DNA from: Patescibacteria group bacterium
GTDB lineage: Bacteria; Patescibacteriota; Minisyncoccia; Phycocordibacterales; UBA1550
Direction: 5' to 3'
Assembly: GCA_038063615.1 (NCBI GenBank)
Contig: JBBTUT010000002.1
Coordinates: 48,746 to 112,745, forward strand
Length of the DNA: 64,000 nucleotides
Shown: positions 55,786 to 64,000 of the stretch, one piece after another
Numbering within the stretch: position 1 is the stretch's first letter
Layout of the letters: each line of letters begins with the position of its first letter
Program-made: the position numbers and the translations under genes
The notes under the pieces: generated by a model
What the model saw: the letters and a program-made list of their open reading frames with translations, nothing else
Databases searched by the model: none
What the model was told of the DNA's origin: nothing

Positions 55786-55855
55786 TCGTCGTGATTAGGG
55801 CGACGGGAGTGCCCGGCATCCGTCGCCCGCTCTAACCACCTGAGCTAATCGCGCT
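55786..55855 (-). pseudogene. tRNA-Ile-like pseudo-copy A: an intact 5' acceptor strand and D-arm, then a 29 nt GC hairpin insert and an altered anticodon region (CTAATCA), with no T-arm
   Basis: GCGCGATTAGCTCAGGTGGTTAGAGCG is identical to the intact gene's first 27 nt, followed by GGCGACGGATGCCGGGCACTCCCGTCGCC CTAATCA CGACGAGGT. Confidence 0.4.
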
Positions 55856-55917
55856 TTTCAGCACTTGGAGAACATACCATAAAACACCCCTTTACGCAAC
55901 GATTTCGTTAAAAAAGC

Positions 55918-55946
55918 CGGGTACGCAATGCGTACCCGACCATACT
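55918..55946 (-). terminator. Rho-independent terminator on the minus strand (cgggtacgc att gcgtacccg + TTTTTT) after the two mini-ORFs
   Basis: Read from the sequence. Confidence 0.6.
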
Positions 55947-55964
55947 TCATCCTTTTTAAGGGTC

Positions 55965-56108
55965 TCACAGACCTAATCGTTTTGCAACCGATGTTGTAAT
56001 GAGATAGCTTAAAATAAGCACTGCAATAAATAACAACAAGAAGAGCACCTCCCCTATGCCATTGCCACTCCTCAAATCACTTTCCTTCCCCTCATTTCTT
56101 TCTTCCAC
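55965..56108 (-). CDS. Mini-ORF 2: a 47 aa peptide (GTG start) with a charged N-terminus and one C-terminal TM helix, preceded by GGAGGTG
   Basis: Manual translation gives VEERNEGKESDLRSGNGIGEVLFLLLFIAVLILSYLITTSVAKRLGL. It is below the ORF track's 60 aa cutoff. Confidence 0.3.
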   Translation of the reverse strand: MEERNEGKESDLRSGNGIGEVLFLLLFIAVLILSYLITTSVAKRLGL

Positions 56109-56142
56109 AACACACCTCCGTTTTTAATTTATCACCTATTAT

Positions 56143-56310
56143 TTATTTCAGCGTGCTAACGAACCATAAAAGGAAATCTGCCGTTAGGTCTAAAGAAAGA
56201 TAGATCAGAGCGGAAGCCAGCAATGCGGCAATCAGTAGAGTCACCTCCATCTTCACGCCAATACTGCCATCGCTCCATTCTCTTTTCTTCTCGTTAAATT
56301 TCTTCATCAT
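56143..56310 (-). CDS. Mini-ORF 1: a 55 aa peptide with a charged N-terminus and one C-terminal TM helix, preceded by a strong Shine-Dalgarno sequence GGAGGTGG
   Basis: Manual translation gives MMKKFNEKKREWSDGSIGVKMEVTLLIAALLASALIYLSLDLTADFLLWFVSTLK. Confidence 0.35.
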   Translation of the reverse strand: MMKKFNEKKREWSDGSIGVKMEVTLLIAALLASALIYLSLDLTADFLLWFVSTLK

Positions 56311-56382
56311 CCACCTCCGTTAATAGGATAGTAAAAAAACAATCTCCGTCGATTAAAGCACGGCACCGTGCAAAAGTCAAAC

Positions 56383-56410
56383 AAAAAACCCGCCATATGG
56401 CGGGTTTTTT
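56383..56410. terminator. Strong bidirectional rho-independent terminator (cccgcc atat ggcggg with A and T runs) about 255 nt past the 16S 3' end
   Basis: Read from the sequence. Confidence 0.75.
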
Positions 56411-57026
56411 GTTTGAAAAATTGCATGTATGTAATATCTAAAAATTATTTGTTGAGTATTCTTTCTTTTGTTCCGTTCTTCGCCTTGCTTTGCCGTCCGT
56501 TTTAAAAAAACAGGCGATTAAGCAAGGTCTTGCGTACCGGTAACCCTTCCGGTAAGGGAGCCCCTTTTTGAGATGGGAGGGCCTTCATCTTAATTCCTTG
56601 CGGAAAAAACCGACCAATTCAGCGTATCGCAACCACGAGGGCGTACGATACAACATTATATTTTGAATTGATTCACGACCAGCTTCCGCTAGCCGTGCCT
56701 TGTTACGACTTAGTCCTTGTTACCAAGCTTACCTTAGGTCCACGCGAGGTGGAACTTCGGGTACTCTCGGCTCCCCTGACTTGACGGGCGGTGAGTACAA
56801 GACTTGAGAACGTATTCACCGCAGTATAGCTGACCTGCGATTACTAGCGATTCCAACTTCATGAGGTCGAGTTTCAGCCCTCAATCCGAACTGGGGCCAC
56901 CTTTATTAGGATTAGCTCAGGGTTACCCCGTCGCGACCCGTTGTAGTGGCCATTGTATCAAGTGTGCAGCCCAGGGTATCAAAGGGACATGCTGACCTGG
57001 CGTCATCCTCTCCTTCCTCCCCCGCC

Positions 57027-57153
57027 TTTATTCGCGAAGCGAACAAAGGCAAGTCAAAAGTTAAAAGTCACAAGTCGAAAGTAGATGCATTTTGCATTCA
57101 CTTTTTACTTTACACTTTCTACTTTCCACTTGCCTTTGCGCTTCGTGCGCAAA
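57027..57153 (-). other. 16S insertion 1: an AT-rich extended hairpin of about 116 extra nt replacing the small loop before the GGAGGAAGG region (E. coli position about 1165)
   Basis: Sense strand reads TTTGCGCACGAAGCGCAAAGGCAAGTGGAAAGTAGAAAGTGTAAAGT...ACTTTCGACTTGTGACTTTTAACTTTTGACTTGCCTTTGTTCGCTTCGCGAATAAA, full of (G/C)AAAGT repeats. No ORF. Confidence 0.6.
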
Positions 57154-57388
57154 GGCGGGGGCAGTCTCGTCTGACACATATAACAGACAACGAGGGTTGC
57201 GTTCGTTGACCCACTTAAGGGGACAGTTCAAACCACGAACTGACGACGGCCATGCATCACCTGTCCATAAGTCCTTGCGGAGTTACCGAGTTTCCTCGGT
57301 CTTTCTTATGGATTTCTAACCCTGGTGAGGTTCTTCGTTTACCATCGAATTAAGCCACCTGATCCACCGCTTGTGCAAGTCCCCGTCT

Positions 57389-57420
<32 letters not shown>

Positions 57421-57918
57421 TCCCAGGCGGATCTCTTAACGCGTTAGCTTCGCCTCTCAGAGGGTCGATACTCCGAAAAGCTAGAGATCATCGTTTAGGG
57501 CGTAGACTACTGGGGTATCTAATCCCATTCGCTACCTACGCTTTCGTGTTTCAGTGTCAGAAATGTGCCAGTTTGCTGCCTTCGCATTTGGTGTTCCCCA
57601 TGATATCAACGGATTTCACCCCTACACCATGAGTTCCGCAAACCTCTCACACCCTCTAGTCGTGCCGTTTCAGCCGCAATTCTCCGGTTAAGCCGGAGGC
57701 TTTGACGAATGACTAACACGACCACCTACACACCCTTTACGCCCAATAATTCCGGATAACGCTTGGGGTACTCGTATTACCGCTGCTGCTGGCACGAGTT
57801 TAGCAACCCCTTATTCATGAGGTACTATCAAAAATTTCTCCCTCATAAAAGATCTTTACATCCCGAAAGACTTCATCGATCACGCGGCGTCGCTCCATCA
57901 GACTTTCGTCCATTGTGG

Positions 57919-57949
<31 letters not shown>

Positions 57950-58189
57950 ATGGTCCGTGTCTCAGTACCATCGGTGGGGGTCAGGCTCTCACCTCCCCTA
58001 AGCGTCATAGCCTTGGTAAGCCATTACCTTACCAACTAGCTGATACTCAATAAGCCAAGCCCCAAGCGATAAATCTTTACTCCGAAGAGACTATCAAGTA
58101 TTAGCCCGCCTTTCGGCGGGTTATTCCTGACTTGGGGGTTTGTACCTATTTATTACTACCTCGTTCGCAACTCCGAGCATCACGCTACG

Positions 58190-58292
58190 CGCGATACACG
58201 AGTCAAAAGTCGAAAGTCCTTAAAGTCCAAAGTAAATACGAATTGTATTCACTTTTGACTTTCGACTTTATAAACTTTTTGACTTGTGCATC
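58190..58292 (-). other. 16S insertion 2: an AT-rich hairpin expansion of helix 6 (V1 region), about 95 extra nt, with the same AAAGT/GACTTT repeat flavour
   Basis: Stem base CCGAGCATCAC ... GTGATGCTCGG. The interior reads CAAGTCAAAAAGTTTATAAAGTCGAAAGTCAAAAGTGAATACAATTCGTATTTACTTTGGACTTTAAGGACTTTCGACTTTTGACTCG. Confidence 0.6.
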
Positions 58293-58674
58293 ACACCCAA
58301 TGTGATGCTCGGCGTTCTACTTGCATGCCTTATCCACGCCGCCAGCGTTCATCCTGAGCTAGGATCAAACTCTCTTAAAAAGAGCATTTGAATTAACTCT
58401 CAAGAACGGAACAAAAGAAAAAATACTCTTTTGTATTCTTGTTATTTTACTCACAAGATCTGCCCAACTGCTAAAATCGAACAGATCCTTTTTTGGACTT
58501 GCAATCCAAACTTTAGATGTTTACATATATGCAATTGTCAAAGGTCGTTTTGCTTTCGGGCAAATACCCTGAAAGCAAAAGCGCTCATTCCTAAGCGCTT
58601 GAGCAGTATATACTTGTGTCGAAAAGAAGTCAAGCGCGAATTTTAGGCATATTTTATAGGCAAAATAAAGGTTT

Positions 58675-59871
58675 TTAGCTCTTTACCTCCCACAAATCCC
58701 ATACATGCTTTGCGACATCGATCGGCGTCCCCTCGAGGGAAAAATAGTGCAGGTCGATGAACGGGAGCGAGTTGCATTCGATGATCCCCCACCTCTGCGT
58801 ATCGGGGTCTTGCGTAGGGTCCGGAATAATGAGATCGAAACCGAGGACAGGAGCCGAGACCAGCTCGCCGGCCTTTTTGAAAATAGCATACATTTTCGGA
58901 TGCACCTCCGGAAGCATTTCTTTCGTATGCCCGCCACGGAATCTCCCCGTTTTCGCCGACAGGTCGATGACGGTGCCGAGTGGAAGCACGCTGTCCAGAG
59001 TATATCCTTGTCGCTCAATGAAACTGACAAGGTCCTCATCGATGAGAATTTCATTCAGTCGCTCATTTCTCTTGCTATTTTTCTCCACGATCAATTCGCG
59101 AATATTTTTTATTCCATCTCCCGTTGCTTGCGGAGGGTCGCCGCGGAAAAATCCAACCAGCACATTGTCAACGACCGTCGCGCGATAGATGCTGCCGAAG
59201 AGGTGCTCCTGCAATACCATCGCGGGAGTGATCTGACGAGCGATGGAAACAGCTCTTTCCAATTCTTCCACATTTTTTATGTTGGTCGTAGTATGCCGTC
59301 CTCGGGAACCAGACTTCGGCTTGATGATGAGCGGTTTACTCAGTTTTTCAAATGCAAGGATGGCTTCGGACATACTTGATATCTTTCTTGTCGTCGGAGT
59401 TGGAATGCCGGCGGTGTTGAGTCTTTCTGCCAAAATAAATTTATCGTCGATCCAGTCGTATCCTCCTTGAGGAAGCCATGGCGGAATAGGCAAGCTCTGA
59501 AAATAAAAAGTTCCACCATTTATTTTCACCCGATAGTGCTCCAGAGGCCTCCCCAAAAAGACAGATTGCTCCATCTCTATCCCCCTCCTTTGCGCTTCCT
59601 CCCAAACAAGCTTCGAGCGACCGCTCCGCGCTTTCTCTACATCGGTGCTATGACGGAGTATACCCATCAGCCGAAACAGATCGAACGACCGTTTTTCCAA
59701 AAAATCCGCCGCACCCTGAAATTTTTTTGTCGGCAATTTAGGTAAAAAGGACGAAAAAGCATCGCCAAATCTGCCTATGATCTCATCAATAAAGTTTGAT
59801 GTAAAAACAAAGCGATGATTGACAACACTGTTCCCGCACGCACTGCATGTTTTTTCTGCCTTTTTTGTCAT
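58675..59871 (-). CDS. Stand-alone ATP-grasp enzyme related to the cyanophycin-synthetase N-terminal ATP-grasp domain. Start set at MTKKAEKT.
   Basis: KPKSGSRGRHTTTNIKN ... FFRGDPPQATGDGIKNIRELI parallels CphA KP.DGNHGRG.T.NI and VVGDGKSTI.ELI. There is no Mur-ligase domain. Confidence 0.55.
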   Translation of the reverse strand: MTKKAEKTCSACGNSVVNHRFVFTSNFIDEIIGRFGDAFSSFLPKLPTKKFQGAADFLEKRSFDLFRLMGILRHSTDVEKARSGRSKLVWEEAQRRGIEMEQSVFLGRPLEHYRVKINGGTFYFQSLPIPPWLPQGGYDWIDDKFILAERLNTAGIPTPTTRKISSMSEAILAFEKLSKPLIIKPKSGSRGRHTTTNIKNVEELERAVSIARQITPAMVLQEHLFGSIYRATVVDNVLVGFFRGDPPQATGDGIKNIRELIVEKNSKRNERLNEILIDEDLVSFIERQGYTLDSVLPLGTVIDLSAKTGRFRGGHTKEMLPEVHPKMYAIFKKAGELVSAPVLGFDLIIPDPTQDPDTQRWGIIECNSLPFIDLHYFSLEGTPIDVAKHVWDLWEVKS

Positions 59872-59896
59872 AAAATCAAAGGTACCTGATCCCAAT

Positions 59897-60238
59897 TTAT
59901 CCCTGTATAAGCGTGAGCAATTTCCCCTCAACATCATCAGCCACGGCAGGTGGTGCTTTCTCTACAAATACCAAGTCTCGCTTGCTCCAATCCATTGTCC
60001 GTACCTGGTCGGCAAGAATTACTCCCTTAACTTTTTCTCCCTCATATAAAACATCGAAAACATGACCTTTAATTTTTGATGTTATTGGACAAAAAAGAGC
60101 GCGACCACTTATTGCGTTATATGCATCCAAAGAAACAACCATCGCGGGGCGACGACCACTTTGCTCATGCCCCTTTGTCGGATCAAAATCAATCCAAACA
60201 ATATCTCCACGACACGGTATATATTTTACTCTTGCCAT
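59897..60238 (-). CDS. mazF: MazF/PemK-family endoribonuclease toxin
   Basis: RGDIVWIDFDPTKGHEQSGRRPAMVVS is the canonical MazF/PemK motif. Confidence 0.85.
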   Translation of the reverse strand: MARVKYIPCRGDIVWIDFDPTKGHEQSGRRPAMVVSLDAYNAISGRALFCPITSKIKGHVFDVLYEGEKVKGVILADQVRTMDWSKRDLVFVEKAPPAVADDVEGKLLTLIQG

Positions 60239-60483
60239 GGTGGGAGTATCTCGTTGCCAACATCTGGACCCCAGTCAATCAACTCATGCTGATTTTTCTT
60301 ATCAAAATTTTTAAGCAAACCTTCAAGTGTATATTTAGGCTTTTTAGGACTACTCAACACAATCGAGCCATTTTCGACAGAAAAAGAAACGGTGCCCCCC
60401 TCGCGAATTTCCACCTCACGAACAATTTCTTTGGGAATACGCACCGCTAAGCTATTCCCCCATTTTTGATACTTTGTGGTCAT
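60226..60483 (-). CDS. mazE: MazE/AbrB-family (SpoVT-AbrB) antitoxin
   Basis: KWGNSLAVRIPKEIVREV swapped-hairpin motif. Its stop overlaps the mazF start. Confidence 0.8.
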   Translation of the reverse strand: MTTKYQKWGNSLAVRIPKEIVREVEIREGGTVSFSVENGSIVLSSPKKPKYTLEGLLKNFDKKNQHELIDWGPDVGNEILPPWQE

Positions 60484-60490
60484 ATGGGAA

Positions 60491-60634
60491 GTATATACTA
60501 TGTATATACGGTGTCAACTAATTACACCACACAATTCCTAAAACAATGGTGGCTGTCCTCAATTATCCAAGATATCACAAGACCAAATTACACCACACTT
60601 TTGACAAAACAATGGTGGCTGTCCCCATTATCTC
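60491..60634. promoter_or_regulatory. mazEF upstream region: a double 8 bp palindrome GTATATAC-tat-GTATATAC, plus two 49 nt direct repeats (aattacaccacac...aaaacaatggtggctgtcc...attatc)
   Basis: Repeats at 60520-60568 and 60586-60634. Candidate operator sites for MazE/MazF autoregulation. Confidence 0.4.
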
Positions 60635-60637
60635 TGA

Positions 60638-61645
60638 CTATAAACTTGCTTTGAAGAGCGCCATATGGCGAATCATGGCATTATAACCAATATCTCCGAG
60701 ATGAACCATTTGGGGCACACTAGTGAGGGTGAACTGATCGGCAAATTTTGCTATCGTGCAGTTTATTGTTTCTCCATATGTCTGTTTTGGGCCACAACCC
60801 AACTCATCATTTGAAGCCATGCTGGCTATCGTGCCATTAAGGATGGTCATCTTCATCTCTGCCTGCGTAGCAGTAGCAAGCCGAACATTGTCATTATATT
60901 GAACTATATCAGTACCAAGGAAATCAAGTCCTAAAATATTTGATATGCCGCTGTTTGCCAAATTAATATTTCGAGGCAAAAGTCCGCCATTTTTCTCAGC
61001 TAAAACAACAGCTGCTTCAGAATATGCAGTTATATTAACTTCAACACTCTTCGCTACTGCGTCTACAATATCAACAGCAGCGCGGAACCTAAAATCAAGG
61101 GGTAATGGGACATCAACTTTGAGTACCTCATCTTTTTCAATAGAACCGTTGCGCGTAACAACCTGGAGGAGGATGACCCCTTTTGGTTTTGGCATTGAGA
61201 CTGAAAAATCGCCGGACGAACCAATCTCAACTTCTTTTGCGGTCCCACTCATTTTCCCATCAACCATTTCAGTAGCACGAATTTTCGCATTTAAAATTAT
61301 GCCTTTAGCCGCCTTGCCGTGTACTACAACCTCATTTGCTGTCTTTGTGGGGATGACCGAAGGCTGAGTTGGGGTAGCCGATACCACTTTTGTTTTCGTT
61401 GCAGGAACGCTAGTTTGTGCGTTTGTTTTTTGTACAGAAGAAACAACAGTTGAGTTAATTTCTTCTGCAGAAGCAGGGGTTTGAGTTGGATTATTAATCT
61501 TAGTCTGAATGGTTTCAGGCGTTGTTGATACTTGAATACCGACTACTTTTAGTTCTTCACTCTTCACCTGCTGATACGCCCAAAATGCTCTACCCGCAAT
61601 AGCAAGAATTATCACTGCAAAAATTATCAGTATATATTTTTTCAT
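60638..61645 (-). CDS. Secreted, membrane-anchored hypothetical protein (N-terminal signal/TM, T/S/P-rich linker)
   Basis: MKKYILIIFAVIILAIAG signal anchor. No recognisable domain. Confidence 0.4.
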   Translation of the reverse strand: MKKYILIIFAVIILAIAGRAFWAYQQVKSEELKVVGIQVSTTPETIQTKINNPTQTPASAEEINSTVVSSVQKTNAQTSVPATKTKVVSATPTQPSVIPTKTANEVVVHGKAAKGIILNAKIRATEMVDGKMSGTAKEVEIGSSGDFSVSMPKPKGVILLQVVTRNGSIEKDEVLKVDVPLPLDFRFRAAVDIVDAVAKSVEVNITAYSEAAVVLAEKNGGLLPRNINLANSGISNILGLDFLGTDIVQYNDNVRLATATQAEMKMTILNGTIASMASNDELGCGPKQTYGETINCTIAKFADQFTLTSVPQMVHLGDIGYNAMIRHMALFKASL

Positions 61646-61736
61646 TTCCTAAAGTATACCACGTAAACAAAAAAACCTACCCCTTATTCTGTCATCCCAT
61701 TAGAGCTGGGACACGCTGCGTAAAACTCGTGACATC

Positions 61737-62612
61737 TTAACGGGACTGTCGCTTCTCAAGCACCACAAGGAGCGGGCTGGCGATGAATACTGATGAATAT
61801 GTACCGATGGCGATACCGATCCAGAGGATGAGAGAGAAGTCTTTTGTTGACGCGGGACCAAAGAAGAAGAGTGTTGCGAGAACGAGCATCACGGTGAGAG
61901 AGGTATTGATTGAGCGGGTGAATGTTTGGCGAAGTGACATGCCGACAGTTGTTGCAAAATCATTGGAAACGCGATTCTTCAGGTTCTCTCGGATACGGTC
62001 GAACACAACAATCGTGTCATGCACCGAAACGCCCATGATTGAGAGGAGGGCGACCACGAAAAGCGTGTCCACTTCTTTGCCCATCCAAACGAACACGCCT
62101 GCTGGAACAATGATGTCGTGGAGGAGAGTGACCGTTGTAATGGCGCCGTACTTCCATGAGGAGATCGGTTCGGAAACCTTGCGAAATGCGTATGCGACGA
62201 AGAGAACAATACCGAGAATCACCAGAACGATTGCCTTCCACGCATTATTGCGGAGCTCTTTGCCGACTGTTGGTCCGATAGAGTTCAAGCGTTTCTCTTC
62301 CATTTTGAGAGTCCCGTCGAGGCTAAGCGCGGCTACGAGCGCCTGACGGTCCGTCTCGGAAAGAGCTTTGGTCTTGAGCATCACCTCACTCTCCCCTGCC
62401 ATCTGAATGTGCGCGCCTTCAAACCCTGCTTTATCAAGAGAAGCTTTGAGTGTGTCACCGTCGGGGCGTTTCTCGTATGAAACTTCCATGATAGAACCCC
62501 CGGCGAAATCAATACTTGCATTGAAACCCTTGACCACCATCGCATAAAAAGAGAGGGCGATGGTGATTGCCGAGAGAGTAAAGAAAATTTTGCGATATTT
62601 TACGATGAACAT
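61737..62612 (-). CDS. secF: Protein translocase subunit SecF
   Basis: Six-TM SecF pattern, with FAGGSIMEV and a conserved C-terminal TM bundle. Confidence 0.9.
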   Translation of the reverse strand: MFIVKYRKIFFTLSAITIALSFYAMVVKGFNASIDFAGGSIMEVSYEKRPDGDTLKASLDKAGFEGAHIQMAGESEVMLKTKALSETDRQALVAALSLDGTLKMEEKRLNSIGPTVGKELRNNAWKAIVLVILGIVLFVAYAFRKVSEPISSWKYGAITTVTLLHDIIVPAGVFVWMGKEVDTLFVVALLSIMGVSVHDTIVVFDRIRENLKNRVSNDFATTVGMSLRQTFTRSINTSLTVMLVLATLFFFGPASTKDFSLILWIGIAIGTYSSVFIASPLLVVLEKRQSR

Positions 62613-62645
62613 GATAATTAGTTATTAGGTTTTAGCTTTTAGGTG

Positions 62646-64000
62646 TTAGCGAATTCTCAAAAAACCGCTGCCGAACAGGAACCTCACAAAAGTGCCGTGC
62701 CCTTTGACCGGAAGAGCAAAGAGGAATGCGCGGGAGAGGGTGATCGCTGAGAACATCGAGATGACGACACCGAGACCGAAAGTGAGCGCAAATCCCTTGA
62801 TCAAGCTCGTGCCGAACCAGAAGAGGATGACCGCGGTAATAATACTTGAAATATTCGAATCGCGAATCGAAGTCCATGCGCGCGCGAAGCCCTCGATGAT
62901 TGCGTCGTGGACTCCATGCCCTTTGCGGAGCTCCTCTTTCGTGCGCTCGAAGATGAGGATGTTTGCATCCACCGCCATACCCATAGAAAGAATGAAGCCA
63001 GCAATGCCCGCCGCCGTGAGCGTGATGTGGAAGAACTTGAAAAGCGTGAGCATCAAGACTACATAAATGAGGAGAGCGATAGTCGCCACAAATCCTGGGA
63101 GGCGATACCAGACGATGAGGAAGCCGGCGACAATAAGAAGTCCCCATACGCCCGCCCAGATACCCGCATTGAGTGCCTTTGCACCGAGCGGCGCGCTGAT
63201 GGTTTGCGTCGAAACGAGCTCGAGCTTGTCCACGGGGAGCGCGCCTGAGTTGAGGCGACCCACAAGTGTACGCGCTTCGATGGTGGTAAACTTGCCGGTA
63301 ATCTGCGCCTTGCCACCCGTGATGGCCTCGCGCACGACGGGTGCGGAGATGGGCTCGCTATTGCCGAGCTCGCGGTCGAGAAAGATAGCAATCGGCTTGC
63401 CGATATTTTCTTTAGTCAGCTTAGCAAAAAGCTCCGAGCCATGCTCATTGAAGACGAGGGAAATGATAGGCGCGCGCGTCGTCTGGTCAAACTCAAGCAC
63501 GGCGCGCTCAAGGAAACGACCATTGAGCTCGGTCGGCTGGTATGGACCGGCGAGAAGCTCGGCGGGGATATTCAATGGTTTACCGGCTGCTTGGTCGGCT
63601 TTAAACTTCTCGATCGCTTTATTGTACTTTTCGAGCTCTGCAGTAGACCGTTCCTTCATAAACTCTAGCTTTGGCGTCTGACCGATCATCTCGACTGCCT
63701 TTTTCACATCGGTAATACCCGGAAGCTCCACAATAAGGCGCTCTTCGACAGGACCCGTGATCCCGCCTTTTTCCTCGATCTGCACGACCGGCTCCGAGAC
63801 CCCAAAGAGATTGATACGGCGTTCCACCACATCGCGAAGGGATGCCATCGCGTCTTTCACTTCTTCCGGTTTTATCGACGAGACATCTGCCTGATACACG
63901 AGCTGGACCCCGCCAGAAAGGTCGAGACCGAGCTTGAATGGGAACTTTTCCGCAAAGCCCTGACCGTATACCGTTTTGCCCGAGTGGAGCGCCGGCTCCG
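62646..64000 (-). CDS. secD: Protein translocase subunit SecD. The N-terminus lies beyond the window; the reading frame stays open to position 64000.
   Basis: GLDLSGGVQLVYQAD ... a C-terminal 6-TM SecD/RND-type bundle. The ORF track start at 63899 is a GTG inside the continuing frame. Confidence 0.9.
   Translation of the reverse strand, partial: EPALHSGKTVYGQGFAEKFPFKLGLDLSGGVQLVYQADVSSIKPEEVKDAMASLRDVVERRINLFGVSEPVVQIEEKGGITGPVEERLIVELPGITDVKKAVEMIGQTPKLEFMKERSTAELEKYNKAIEKFKADQAAGKPLNIPAELLAGPYQPTELNGRFLERAVLEFDQTTRAPIISLVFNEHGSELFAKLTKENIGKPIAIFLDRELGNSEPISAPVVREAITGGKAQITGKFTTIEARTLVGRLNSGALPVDKLELVSTQTISAPLGAKALNAGIWAGVWGLLIVAGFLIVWYRLPGFVATIALLIYVVLMLTLFKFFHITLTAAGIAGFILSMGMAVDANILIFERTKEELRKGHGVHDAIIEGFARAWTSIRDSNISSIITAVILFWFGTSLIKGFALTFGLGVVISMFSAITLSRAFLFALPVKGHGTFVRFLFGSGFLRIR

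Noticed and set aside
56582-56672. Possible group I intron splitting the 16S 3' end so that a downstream CCTCCCATCTC would supply the anti-SD
   Set aside because: The only downstream CCTCC-containing stretch (sense GGCCCTCCCATCTC, plus-strand 56570..56590) does not match CACCTCCTTA. No intron core elements (P7/P3 pairing, G-binding site) could be recognised. Reported only as an anomaly of the 3' tail.

Overview
This window reads like a small-genome bacterium of the Candidate Phyla Radiation / Patescibacteria type, with a core GC near 50-55%. Genes are densely packed and mostly on the minus strand.

The left end carries a sugar-phosphate cluster: a split transketolase (N-terminal subunit), Rpe, RpiB and GAPDH. 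Housekeeping genes follow (GatB, Obg, MYG1, SecA, RsmI, SecD/SecF). There is a glycerate 2-kinase / 2-hydroxyacid dehydrogenase pair.

An unusually large cell-surface glycan locus spans about 22.4 to 43.4 kb, and much of it is AT-rich. It contains an O-antigen-ligase-TPR protein, GDP-fucose synthesis (Gmd, Fcl), two GT11 fucosyltransferases, GT2 and GT9 transferases, two GT-A-like paralogs, LicD, a CE4 deacetylase, a Wzx flippase and at least eight SAM methyltransferases.

An Elp3 / Trm9-like pair is interrupted by a 1.3 kb AAA+ (DUF4143) cassette.

A 16S rRNA gene (minus strand, about 1.71 kb) carries two AT-rich hairpin insertions. It is followed by a terminator, two Shine-Dalgarno-led mini membrane peptides, and a tRNA-Ile(GAU) flanked by partial tRNA-Ile copies, two with a GC hairpin insert and one 3' fragment.

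Four toxin-antitoxin-like modules are present: a DinJ-like orphan, HicAB, an AbiEii nucleotidyltransferase with a small partner, and MazEF.

The most striking non-coding structure is the number of long perfect inverted repeats:
- Two paralogous PaaX-like regulator genes are each bracketed by their own pair of 38-46 bp perfect palindromes, with a third copy of one palindrome elsewhere.
- A family of roughly 100 bp cassettes bounded by CCCGTTAGAAGTT inverted repeats sits directly against the start codons of three genes, with one nested copy.
- Several other 20-25 bp inverted repeats flank terminators and gene starts.

A MerR-HTH / GHKL-ATPase fusion with a downstream STAS-like (DUF4325) protein sits next to a cluster of ATCTATGCA repeats, which looks like a partner-switching regulator. 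No CRISPR array, integrase or transposase was seen.
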